Shown: piece by piece, positions 50,290-59,344 of the stretch
Layout of the letters: the number at the start of each line of letters is the position of its first letter
Position numbering within the stretch: position 1 is the stretch's first letter
Assembly: GCA_032249315.1 (NCBI GenBank)
Contig: JAVVGB010000002.1
Span: 1-59,764 of the forward strand
From: Thermoproteota archaeon
Lineage (GTDB): Archaea; Thermoproteota; Thermoprotei; Gearchaeales; Gearchaeaceae
Reading direction: 5' to 3'
DNA: 59,764 bases
Notes under the pieces: generated by a model
What the model was told of the DNA's origin: nothing
What the model saw: only the letters and a program-made list of their open reading frames with translations
The model's database searches: none
Translations under genes and position numbers: made by a program

Positions 50290-51906
50290 ATGAAAAAGTA
50301 CATTTTTGTAACAGGAGGGGTTTTATCTTCGGTAGGTAAAGGTGTCATTGCTGCCTCGATAGGAAAAATATTGCAAGCTAGAGGTTATAATGTTGATATA
50401 ATAAAAATTGATCCTTATCTAAACGTTGATAGCGGAACAATGAATCCTTATGTTCATGGTGAAGTATTTGTTACTGAGGATGGTTCAGAAACCGATCTCG
50501 ATATTGGACATTATGAACGATTCTTAAATAAAGATTTAACTAAGGATCATAACATTACAACAGGTCAAGTTTATTTAGAAGTCATAACTAAAGAAAGGAG
50601 GGGAGATTTTCTTGGAGAGTGTGTTCAAATAATTCCGCATGTCACGGAAGAAATAAAAAGAAGAATTAGAAAAGTGGCATATTCTAGCAATACAGATATT
50701 ATTGTAGTTGAAATAGGAGGGACTGTAGGAGATATAGAAAGTTTACCTTTTTTAGAAGCTGGAAGACAAATGAAGCTGGAAGAACCTCTAAATAACGTAA
50801 TATTTGTGCATGTGGCGCTCGTACCAACCTTATCTGTCACTGGAGAACAAAAAACAAAACCATTACAACATAGTGTGAATGAACTAAGAAGAATTGGTAT
50901 TCAGCCAGAAATAATAGTAGCTAGAAGCATAAAACCTATTAGTCCAGAAATTAGAAAAAAAATAGCGCTGTTTGGTAATGTTAGAGAAGAATTTGTGTTT
51001 AATTCCTACGATGTTGAAAACATTTACAAAATGCCTTTGATTTTAGAAGAACAAGGAATAGGGGAATTGTTGGTTAGATTACTAAATTTACAAAGAAATG
51101 AACCAAAATGGAATGAGTGGAAACAATTAATGGATAATGCAGATAATCCTAAATATACTGTTAGCGTAGCAATGATAGGTAAATACTTGAAATTAAAGGA
51201 TTCTTATGTAAGTATAAATGAAGCATTAAGAATCGCTGGTTTTTGGCTAAGAACAAAAGTAAACCAAGTTTGGATAGATGCTGAAGAGCTCGAAAAAAAG
51301 GAAAGTACAAAATTAATTGACGAAATTTTATCTTGTGATGGAGCGATTCTTTTACCAGGTTTTGGAAAAAGAGGAGCTGAAGGAAAAATTTTAGCAGCGC
51401 ATATAATAAGAGAAAATAAAATGCCTATGTTAGGAATTTGCTTTGGATTTCAGTTGGCAATAGTAGAATTTGCGAGAAATGTATGTAAGCTTGAAGGAGC
51501 TAATAGCACAGAAGTAGATCCATATACGAAATATTCTGTTATAGATTTGCTTCCTGAACAAAAAAATATAGAGGCAAAAGGTGGAACGATGAGATTAGGA
51601 GCTTACGAAATAAGAATCGTTAAAGGAACTTTAGCTTATGAAATATATAAACAAGAAGTAATTAAAGAAAGACATAGACATAGATATGAAATTAATCCTA
51701 AATTTTATGATATATTACAAGAAAAAGGATTAATATTTTCAGGATTTAGCTTAGATAACTTAGTTGAAATTGCTGAAATAAAAGATCATTTTTACTTTCT
51801 AACTCAAGCACATCCTGAATTTAAAGCAAGGGTATTAAATCCTTCTCCTCCTTACTATGCTTTTATAAATTATTTAATAGAAAATAGAATAAATAGAAGA
51901 AAATGA
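50290..51906 (+). CDS. pyrG: CTP synthase
   Basis: MKKYIFVTGGVLSSVGKG start (ATG at 50290; the track begins at TTG 50284). Glutaminase half has GICFGFQ and HRHRYE. Confidence 0.95.
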   Translation: MKKYIFVTGGVLSSVGKGVIAASIGKILQARGYNVDIIKIDPYLNVDSGTMNPYVHGEVFVTEDGSETDLDIGHYERFLNKDLTKDHNITTGQVYLEVITKERRGDFLGECVQIIPHVTEEIKRRIRKVAYSSNTDIIVVEIGGTVGDIESLPFLEAGRQMKLEEPLNNVIFVHVALVPTLSVTGEQKTKPLQHSVNELRRIGIQPEIIVARSIKPISPEIRKKIALFGNVREEFVFNSYDVENIYKMPLILEEQGIGELLVRLLNLQRNEPKWNEWKQLMDNADNPKYTVSVAMIGKYLKLKDSYVSINEALRIAGFWLRTKVNQVWIDAEELEKKESTKLIDEILSCDGAILLPGFGKRGAEGKILAAHIIRENKMPMLGICFGFQLAIVEFARNVCKLEGANSTEVDPYTKYSVIDLLPEQKNIEAKGGTMRLGAYEIRIVKGTLAYEIYKQEVIKERHRHRYEINPKFYDILQEKGLIFSGFSLDNLVEIAEIKDHFYFLTQAHPEFKARVLNPSPPYYAFINYLIENRINRRK

Positions 51907-53165
51907 TAGATATTAATCTCATAAGAAAAAATCCTAAGGTAGTAGAAGAAGCTTTAAAGAAACGAAACTTAGATTTTCCTTTAAATAATCTTATTGAATA
52001 TGATAAACTTTACAGGCAAAAGTTAAGGGAGTTAGAAAAAAATAGGCATGTGAAAAATGAATTAACATTGAAAATTCCTAAATTAAATGAAGAAGAAAAA
52101 GAAAAAATAATGCAAGAAATAAAAAAGGTTGATGAAGTGATCAGTTTACTTGAAAAAGAAGTAAAAGAATTAAAAGAAAAAAGAGATGATTTATTATACA
52201 GAATTCCTAATATACCGCATGAAAGTGTACCTTATGGTAAAGGAGAAGAAGATAACATTACAGTAAGAGAATGGGGAGAAAAGAGAACCTTTAAATTCAA
52301 ACCTTTACCTCATTATGTTTTAGGAGAAAAATTTAACATAATAGATTTTGAAAGAGGAGTAAAATTAGCCGGTTCAGGATTTTATGCTTTAAAAAACAAA
52401 GGGGCTGCTTTAGAAAGAGCATTAATTAACTTTATGATAAATACTCATGTAAAAAAAGGTTACAAAGAGATATTTCCTCCTTTTTTAATAACGACTGAAG
52501 GAGCATTTGGAACGGGACATTTGCCTAAGTTTGCAGATGATATGTATAAAACAGAAAAAGATGGTTTATGGCTTTTACCTACAGCAGAACTTGCCTTAGT
52601 CAATTTTCATGCAAATGAAACATTAAATTATAAAGACTTACCTATATACTACGTTGCTTATTCAGCATGCTTTAGAAGAGAAGCTGGAAGACATGTGGAT
52701 TTAAAAGGTGTCTTAAGAGTGCATCAATTTAATAAAGTTGAGCTTGTTAAAATCACAGCCCCTGAGACTAGCTTCGAGGAATTGGAAAAGCTTGTAAATG
52801 ATGCGGAAGAGATTTTAAGATTATTAAATATTCCTTATAGAGTGAGATTACTATGCACTGGAGATCTTGGTTTTGCTTCAGCAAAAACATATGACATTGA
52901 AGCATGGTTCCCTTCCCAAAATAAATATATAGAAGTCTCTTCATGTAGTAATTGTACAGATTTCCAAGCAAGAAGAATAAATTTAAAATTTGTAGGAGGT
53001 GGAAGAAAAACTCCTGAATATGTTCATACATTAAATGGATCAGGATTAGCTATTGGAAGAACATTTGCAGCTTTAATAGAAAATTATCAAGAAGAAGATA
53101 GAATTATAATTCCTGATGTTCTTAGACCTTACTTAAATTTCTCTGAGATAACTTTAGAAGACTAA
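51903..53165 (+). CDS. serS: seryl-tRNA synthetase
   Basis: 420 aa. N-terminal coiled coil, then class II motifs (FRREAG, GSGLAIGRT). ATGA overlap with pyrG. Confidence 0.93.
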   Translation: MIDINLIRKNPKVVEEALKKRNLDFPLNNLIEYDKLYRQKLRELEKNRHVKNELTLKIPKLNEEEKEKIMQEIKKVDEVISLLEKEVKELKEKRDDLLYRIPNIPHESVPYGKGEEDNITVREWGEKRTFKFKPLPHYVLGEKFNIIDFERGVKLAGSGFYALKNKGAALERALINFMINTHVKKGYKEIFPPFLITTEGAFGTGHLPKFADDMYKTEKDGLWLLPTAELALVNFHANETLNYKDLPIYYVAYSACFRREAGRHVDLKGVLRVHQFNKVELVKITAPETSFEELEKLVNDAEEILRLLNIPYRVRLLCTGDLGFASAKTYDIEAWFPSQNKYIEVSSCSNCTDFQARRINLKFVGGGRKTPEYVHTLNGSGLAIGRTFAALIENYQEEDRIIIPDVLRPYLNFSEITLED

Positions 53166-53851
53166 TTTTTAAGGATTATTCCTAGATAGTTTTCTTTTAA
53201 AAATTTCCCTTTAAAAGATGTTAATAATAAGATTTTTACATTAAAATTTCTAAAAAGTTTCTTAACTTCATTTAAAGTAAATAGATGATAATATCTTTTA
53301 GCTTTTTTACCCCATCCAATATAAACATCACCAAATTCTAAAATTTCTCCTTTAAATTTTAAAGGATATTGTATTATACATAAAAAAAGTCTTTTTAAAT
53401 TCATTATATTCCAAGCCGTCAATAAAATTATCCCATTCCTTTTAGTAATATTTAAACAATTCTCTAAGAATTTTTTTCTGTAATGAAATAAGGGAATGTG
53501 ATGAATTGTAGCTATTGATATTACAGCGTCAAAATAATTGTTCCTGAAAGGCATATATAATGCATCGCTTACTACAGGCAGAAATATTTTTCCCATTTCT
53601 TTGATTTTCGTATGAGCTATTTTTATTAAATTGAATGAAAAATCTAAACCTACTACCAAGTTATCATCAACCAAAAGAAAAGAGTGTCTACCATTACCGC
53701 AACCCACATCGCATATAATAGAGTTCTTTTTAAAAAGATTATAATAGTAAACGACCTCTTTCCATGGTTTAATACGTGTAGCACTAAATTCCTTTGAAAA
53801 GTCTTCATAAAATTTTTTAACTAATTTTTTTATTTTTAGTTTTTTATCCAA
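53162..53851 (-). CDS. class I SAM methyltransferase, Trm9/ALKBH8-like
   Basis: 229 aa. Contains FSATRIKPWKEV and CDVGCGNGRH (motif I). Confidence 0.65.
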   Translation of the reverse strand: MDKKLKIKKLVKKFYEDFSKEFSATRIKPWKEVVYYYNLFKKNSIICDVGCGNGRHSFLLVDDNLVVGLDFSFNLIKIAHTKIKEMGKIFLPVVSDALYMPFRNNYFDAVISIATIHHIPLFHYRKKFLENCLNITKRNGIILLTAWNIMNLKRLFLCIIQYPLKFKGEILEFGDVYIGWGKKAKRYYHLFTLNEVKKLFRNFNVKILLLTSFKGKFLKENYLGIILKN

Positions 53852-53863
53852 AATTATAAAAAC

Positions 53864-54085
53864 TTAGAATAAAGATTGTTTTTGTACTACAGGTTGTATA
53901 GCATAGATGAGTTTAATATACATTATATTTGAACATTTTGGACATTTTTCATCAGTTAATTTATTAACGTAATCTCCCTCTTTATGATCTCTTTCAACTT
54001 TTTCTTTGCATTTCTCACATTCAAGCAAAGTTTTTGTTTTAACTTTTAAACTTTCTTCTATAATTTCTATTATTTCCCTACTCAT
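53864..54085 (-). CDS. small zinc-ribbon protein (73 aa)
   Basis: CEKC...CPKC pairs. ATGA overlap with the upstream gene. Confidence 0.5.
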   Translation of the reverse strand: MSREIIEIIEESLKVKTKTLLECEKCKEKVERDHKEGDYVNKLTDEKCPKCSNIMYIKLIYAIQPVVQKQSLF

Positions 54086-55506
54086 GATGCTTCACCTATT
54101 CCTAGGGTGTTTCCTATTCCTACTATTAATGCTGTGCCTCCTTCAGGAACGGTCTCAACAACTAATTTTTTAACTTTTTCAACTACAACATCTGCTTTTT
54201 CAGCTAATACCTTTAACATAGGAGAAATTGCTTCTGTAAAACTTTGCTTAATAATTATAGCTAATAATGGTATTCTATATTTCATTGCACTTTCTTCAAT
54301 TTTAAACTTTTCAGGACCAGGATCTCCTATAGCTGCACCCACACCTTGAGCAATAGAACCAGTTTCTTCTCCTTCATACTTTAAAGCAGCATCTATTGTA
54401 ACAATTAAATCTATTTTTCCTTGAAATTCTTCTATTACTTGCCTAACTGCTGCACCTGGTTTTCCTACTCTTGAAGCAGGTCCTTTAGTTTTCATTAATA
54501 ATAATTTTCTATTTTGATACATAGCTTCACCTAAAATCATATCATTACCTATATCTCTTATTTGCATTACACCTAAGTCTTTATACATTCTTGCAATAAC
54601 TAAAGGACCAATTCCATCTCCTATTGGAATTTGCATTGTAGTTGCTGGAATGGCTCTTAAAAAGCTTCTTGCAAGGTCTAAAATTATAGGCATAAGAAAT
54701 TCAAGCTGAACAGCAAGATAATAATTTTTGTATTTTTCAGCTAATAAATACCAGTGCTTTGCTTGCTTATTTAATAAGTGAATGACAAGTGCAACTGCAG
54801 CTGTATCAGATAGCGAATCCAATTCATCTTTATTTACTTTTGGTGCATATGTTTTAATTAAAGTTTGAAATCTATATTTTGTTACATCGAGGATATATTC
54901 TAATCTATTAAGAATGCCGCTTGGATCTCTTTCTACAGGGTCTATTTCAAAATATTCAACAATTTCTTTTACATTATCCTTCAACTCTTCAACATTACCA
55001 CCATACTTTTTTAATTGTTCGGCTAATATTTTTTTAGCTCTGTTATCTAAGGCATCTAAAATTCTTAATTTCCCTTGAATTCTAGATAATATGGACCTTC
55101 TAGCAATAGATAGTTGAAAACCTGGCAATAAAAAAGCCATCATTCCAAACAAAATAAAGAAGATCCAAAACAAATAAAATAAAAATGCAAAGGGGTCTGA
55201 GGAATTTGAATTGGTTGGATTAAGTGGTGAGGAAAATGTACGAGGGAAATAAGGATATAAGATAAATAAAATAATTATTAGAGCGATTATGAGTATTACA
55301 ATTATTACTGATGTAGAAATTTGAGATTGAGCTTTTTTCTTGTATTTCATTTTTTTAAATTTCTTAATTAAAAACATATTTCCCAAAGATAAAAATTCGT
55401 AAAAAATCAAATAAAATCTTCTCAATATTGCAAAGATAAGCATAGCTAAATATTCATCAAAGATGTTTAAAACTTTTTTCTCACTCATTAATATTAAATT
55501 AATCAC
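54082..55506 (-). CDS. membrane-anchored protein resembling the archaeal DUF1512 family
   Basis: 474 aa in the track. Two N-terminal TM segments, then a large soluble domain. The true start may be an internal ATG at 55377 or 55350. Confidence 0.55.
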   Translation of the reverse strand: MINLILMSEKKVLNIFDEYLAMLIFAILRRFYLIFYEFLSLGNMFLIKKFKKMKYKKKAQSQISTSVIIVILIIALIIILFILYPYFPRTFSSPLNPTNSNSSDPFAFLFYLFWIFFILFGMMAFLLPGFQLSIARRSILSRIQGKLRILDALDNRAKKILAEQLKKYGGNVEELKDNVKEIVEYFEIDPVERDPSGILNRLEYILDVTKYRFQTLIKTYAPKVNKDELDSLSDTAAVALVIHLLNKQAKHWYLLAEKYKNYYLAVQLEFLMPIILDLARSFLRAIPATTMQIPIGDGIGPLVIARMYKDLGVMQIRDIGNDMILGEAMYQNRKLLLMKTKGPASRVGKPGAAVRQVIEEFQGKIDLIVTIDAALKYEGEETGSIAQGVGAAIGDPGPEKFKIEESAMKYRIPLLAIIIKQSFTEAISPMLKVLAEKADVVVEKVKKLVVETVPEGGTALIVGIGNTLGIGEAS

Positions 55507-55620
55507 TAAAACTTTTAAATGCTTACTATGAAAAACTTTTTATAATCCTCCGACTCAATCCATGCACTAAAAGGCGAGTTTTTAAATTATAAGATAAAAC
55601 TTCTCGTTTAATAAGCTTCA

Positions 55621-55749
55621 ATAGCCAGCCGGCATGGCTACCTTCGCACGGCCTTTCGGACCGTACTAAAAGTAGCCACGGTGAGCGGTTTAACTTCCGG
55701 GTTCGGAATGAGACCGGGTATTTCCCGCTCCCTATGGCCGGCTGGCTAT
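55621..55749 (-). rRNA. rrf: 5S ribosomal RNA
   Basis: The reverse complement reads ...CCGGCCAUAGGGAGCGGGAAAUACCCGGUCUCAUUCCGAACCCGGAAGUUAAACCGCUCAC..., matching the universal 5S loop B/helix III core. The terminal helix ATAGCCAGCCGGC/GCCGGCTGGCTAT closes the molecule. Ends are good to within a few nt. Confidence 0.9.
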
Positions 55750-55893
55750 TGTTAATTTTTGTTTTGTAATATATTAATTTTTCTTTAATTTCAAACAAGA
55801 TTTGTTCAGTCTCTCCTTAGTGTTTTGTTTCATTTTAAAGTATGAAGGAAATAAAGAAAATTTTAAAATAACTCCTTATTATAATATGTGTAA

Positions 55894-55988
55894 GGGGCCG
55901 TAGTTCAGCTTGGTTAGAATGCTTAAAGCATGACCAAAATGTGCGGCTTGGGACCGCATGGTCCCAGGTTCAAATCCTGGCGGCCCCA
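55894..55988 (+). tRNA. tRNA-Pro (UGG) with a ~20-nt intron at a non-canonical position (around nt 26/27)
   Basis: Hand fold. Acceptor GGGGCCG/CGGCCCC. D arm 55903-55920. Anticodon arm TGCGG-CTTGGGA-CCGCA (55942-55958). T arm CCAGG-TTCAAAT-CCTGG. An extra 20 nt (55922-55941, with register ambiguous because AATG is duplicated) separates position 26 from the anticodon stem. Confidence 0.78.
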
Positions 55989-56026
55989 TTTTAATAATTT
56001 AATTTAAATTTCCTATTATCTAACTT

Positions 56027-57088
56027 GTGAAGACTAAGATAATTAAAGTCGATCCTTTTAATCCTGAAGATCATCTTATAAAAGAAGCAGCAGAATACAT
56101 AAAAAAAGGAGAAGTGGTAGCTTTTCCAACAGAAACAGTTTATGGTTTAGGTGCTGATGCAACTAATTCATTAGCAGTTAAAAAAATTTTTTTAGCAAAA
56201 GGTAGACCTCTAGATAATCCTATAATTGTACATATATCAAAACATGAAGATATTGAAAATGTTGCATATGATATTCCTGAAATAATTTATAAATTAGCTA
56301 AAAAATTTTGGCCAGGTCCTTTGACAGTTATATTAAAAAGAAGAAAAATAATCGTTGATGAGGTTTCTGCAGGATTACCTACAGTAGCAGTAAGATTGCC
56401 TTCCCATCCTGTAGCTTTAAAATTAATTGATTTATCGGAAAAACCTATAGCTGCTCCTAGTGCTAATAAAGCAGGCAGACCTAGTCCTACTTGTGCTGAG
56501 CATGTTTTAAATGATTTAGAAGGATCGATACCTTTAATTATCGATGGAGGTAAAACATTATTTGGTGTAGAATCTACAGTAATAGATTTTACAAAAAAAC
56601 CACCTTTATTACTTAGACCAGGTGCTCTGCCAATAGAAGAAGTTTTAAAGGAAGTTGGTGAAATTATGGTAAATGAGATTGCAAAAGGATTAAAAAAGTT
56701 TACAGAGAAAGATATTGTAGTTTCTCCGGGATTAAAATACAGGCATTACGCTCCTCAAAAACCATTAATATTAGTTGAAGGAGAGGAAAATAAAAAAATA
56801 CAAAAAATTAACGAATTGTTAGAATTAGAAAAAAGAAAAGGTAAAAGAGTTGGACTGTTAATTACTGAAGAAAACTTTGAATTATTTAAGGGAAAATGCG
56901 AAGTCATAATAAAACTTGGAAGTAAGAATAATTATTTCCAAATAGCTTATAATTTATTCGATAACTTAAGATTGGTAGATAAAAGTAACGCTGATATCTT
57001 TATTGTGGAAGGAATTATCGATAAAGGGCTAGGTTTAACTATAATGAATAGACTACGAAAAGCTTCAAGTGAAAGAATTGAATTATAA
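56027..57088 (+). CDS. sua5: L-threonylcarbamoyladenylate synthase Sua5 (YrdC domain + Sua5 C-terminal domain)
   Basis: 353 aa with a GTG start. Motifs: VAFPTETVYGLGADA, KGRPLDNPIIVH, SANKAGRPSPT. Confidence 0.9.
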   Translation: MKTKIIKVDPFNPEDHLIKEAAEYIKKGEVVAFPTETVYGLGADATNSLAVKKIFLAKGRPLDNPIIVHISKHEDIENVAYDIPEIIYKLAKKFWPGPLTVILKRRKIIVDEVSAGLPTVAVRLPSHPVALKLIDLSEKPIAAPSANKAGRPSPTCAEHVLNDLEGSIPLIIDGGKTLFGVESTVIDFTKKPPLLLRPGALPIEEVLKEVGEIMVNEIAKGLKKFTEKDIVVSPGLKYRHYAPQKPLILVEGEENKKIQKINELLELEKRKGKRVGLLITEENFELFKGKCEVIIKLGSKNNYFQIAYNLFDNLRLVDKSNADIFIVEGIIDKGLGLTIMNRLRKASSERIEL

Positions 57089-57279
57089 ATTGCTCAAATA
57101 GTTTTGAACATAAAATCATAATTGTTACATAAAGCTAAAAGATTTGAATGAGTTGTTACTATAGGTACTTAAAATTTTGATCTAAATATAAAACTAAAAA
57201 GCATAAACAGCGAAAATCTACCACATCTGATTTTTTAAGAGAGAAAAATATAACCAAATTTTTCTATATATTGATATCC

Positions 57280-59154
57280 ATGAAAATCAAATTCATAAGT
57301 GGTTGTAGTATAGGGAAGCCAAATTTAATATTACTTAGTGTAAATAATGAAGGTGCAGTATTTGATTGTGGTTACCAATATGAAATGCCAGATTTTACTA
57401 AAATTGATAAAGAAGTTAAACATATCTTCATAACTCATGCACATGCAGATCACGTAGGAAGTATAACTATTCTTAAAAGAATGTTTCCTGATGCAAATGT
57501 TTACATGAGCGAACCAACAAAGGAATTAAGTAAAATTACGATAAGTAATTTGGAAATTAAACAGAAATATAAAATTCCTAAAAAAGAGATCGATGAAATC
57601 ATTGAAACAGTGAATTTTGTAAAAGAAGGAGAAATAATAAAAATAAGCGATAACATAAAAGTTCTACCTATACAAGCTGGACACATATTAGGAGCATTAT
57701 CTTATTTAATAAGAATTGATTCAGAATTAATTCTTTATACAGGAGATATTAGTTTAATGAATTTACCTTTAGCAGGACAATTTTTCTTACCACAAATAGG
57801 AACTGATTTGATAATTTCAGAAAGTAACTTCAGTTTAGGAGAAGAAACGTTCTTTAAAAATATGGAAAAAATTATTCAATTAATCTCAAACACTATCAAG
57901 CTGAAAGGAAAGGTTATAATGCCAATTCCGGCTATAGGAAGAGCTCAAGAGATCGCAACTTATTTAGCAAGTAAAATTTTATCTAACGAATTACCACGTG
58001 TTAATATTTTCATTGATGGAAGTGTAAGGGATGCTTTTAAAATATACGATAGGTACTATCCAATGCTTAAAGGATACTTAAAAGACGTATATTTAAATGT
58101 TAAATCTGCAGGATTAATAAAGGAAGTAAGCGATGCTATAAGAAAGGATATAATAAAATCAGAACAACCCTACGTTGTTTTAACAACACCAGCTAACTTA
58201 AGACATGGACCAAGTTTAATTTATGTTCAAGAATATATTTTGGATGAAAGAAGTACAGTTATATTTACAGGTAAAGTTGAAGAAAAGTCGATAGCTAAAA
58301 AACTTTTAATGGCTAGAAGAGGAGAATTAATAGATTTTGAAGGGGTAGCTTTAGGTAAAAGATGCAACGTACATCTGGTAGAAATAAACGAACATGGTAA
58401 TGTTTCAGATTATCTTCAACTTATTAAAAAATCATCAGTAAAAGGAATAATTCTTACCCATGGAAACGATCTGACAAAGGAATTCCTAAGTAATATTTTT
58501 GCTAAAGATTTCCAAAATATTTATCTATCTATACCAAAAGAACTAGATGAAATAGATTTAGTAATTACTTTAAAAGTGTGCAAGAAAATGCAAGTAATGG
58601 AAGAAGAAGTTTTAGATTTTTTAATAGAAAGAATGAATAAAGAATTTAAAGGATTATTAGATAAAAGAAAATCAATTAATGAAGAAGAAATTATAAAATG
58701 GCTAGAAAACCAAGAAGTTTTATATGAAATTAAAAACCATGAAAAAGTTAAATCAGTATTCTTTATTGCCTTTAGATATGCAGTAAAATATTCTTATAAA
58801 GATAATGCAGTAGATTTTACATATCCAGCCTTTATTTTAGAAAACTTAGGAAATATCTTGGAAAAAATTCATGGTAAAAATACTGTAAGAATGTTATTTA
58901 ACCAGTTAAACGAAACCTTACCAAAATTCTTTAAAAACTTGATATTAAAAGGTGGGACGATGAAAGCCCAGTTAAATATAGAAATTTCTTCTTTACCTAA
59001 ATTAAAAGAAACATTAAAAAGTTTCGAAGAAAACTTTTCGAGATTTAATATTAAAGCTCCTTCGATAGAAGAAATAAAGAAATTATGTGAAGAGGAAGTA
59101 AAAGTTAATCCTAATTTAAAAAGCATTTATGAAAGAGTATTTAAAGAAATTTAA
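57280..59154 (+). CDS. metallo-beta-lactamase / beta-CASP family nuclease with an unassigned ~195-aa C-terminal extension
   Basis: MBL motifs THAHADH, AGHILGA and TGDIS. beta-CASP motifs A (ISESN), B (NEHGN) and C (LTHGN). ATG at 57280 (the track starts at TTG 57271). Confidence 0.8.
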   Translation: MKIKFISGCSIGKPNLILLSVNNEGAVFDCGYQYEMPDFTKIDKEVKHIFITHAHADHVGSITILKRMFPDANVYMSEPTKELSKITISNLEIKQKYKIPKKEIDEIIETVNFVKEGEIIKISDNIKVLPIQAGHILGALSYLIRIDSELILYTGDISLMNLPLAGQFFLPQIGTDLIISESNFSLGEETFFKNMEKIIQLISNTIKLKGKVIMPIPAIGRAQEIATYLASKILSNELPRVNIFIDGSVRDAFKIYDRYYPMLKGYLKDVYLNVKSAGLIKEVSDAIRKDIIKSEQPYVVLTTPANLRHGPSLIYVQEYILDERSTVIFTGKVEEKSIAKKLLMARRGELIDFEGVALGKRCNVHLVEINEHGNVSDYLQLIKKSSVKGIILTHGNDLTKEFLSNIFAKDFQNIYLSIPKELDEIDLVITLKVCKKMQVMEEEVLDFLIERMNKEFKGLLDKRKSINEEEIIKWLENQEVLYEIKNHEKVKSVFFIAFRYAVKYSYKDNAVDFTYPAFILENLGNILEKIHGKNTVRMLFNQLNETLPKFFKNLILKGGTMKAQLNIEISSLPKLKETLKSFEENFSRFNIKAPSIEEIKKLCEEEVKVNPNLKSIYERVFKEI

Positions 59155-59183
59155 TTTTTATTTTTTACTATTATATTTTATAA

Positions 59184-59287
59184 GCCGGGGTCATCTAGCC
59201 TGGCTAGGATGCCGGACTCATAATGCTATGCCAAGGGTCAGGCATGCGTGAAATCCGGTGTCGTGGGTTCAAATCCCACCCCCGGCA
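59184..59287 (+). tRNA. tRNA with CAU anticodon (elongator Met or Ile2) carrying a ~30-nt intron at the canonical 37/38 site
   Basis: Hand fold. Acceptor GCCGGGG/CCCCGGC. Anticodon stem CCGGA/TCCGG. Loop CTCATA-[intron 59223-59252]-A. T arm GTGGG-TTCAAAT-CCCAC. A G1:C72 pair argues against an initiator. Confidence 0.88.
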
Positions 59288-59344
59288 TTTTAAAATTATC
59301 AACTTATATAAAAACCCATCATTTATGCTAAGAAAAAGGCAAAA

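Noticed and set aside
55526-55798. 90-aa minus-strand ORF in the track
   Set aside because: It is superimposed on the 5S rRNA gene (55621-55749) and owes its open frame to GC-rich RNA sequence. The protein is not plausible.
57089-57279. 191-nt spacer between sua5 and the beta-CASP gene, scanned for a C/D box sRNA (GAATGAGT ... TTGATCT ... CTGA)
   Set aside because: The C and C' boxes deviate at the critical GA positions and the spacing is too long (~75 nt). I make no call. It may simply hold the promoter.
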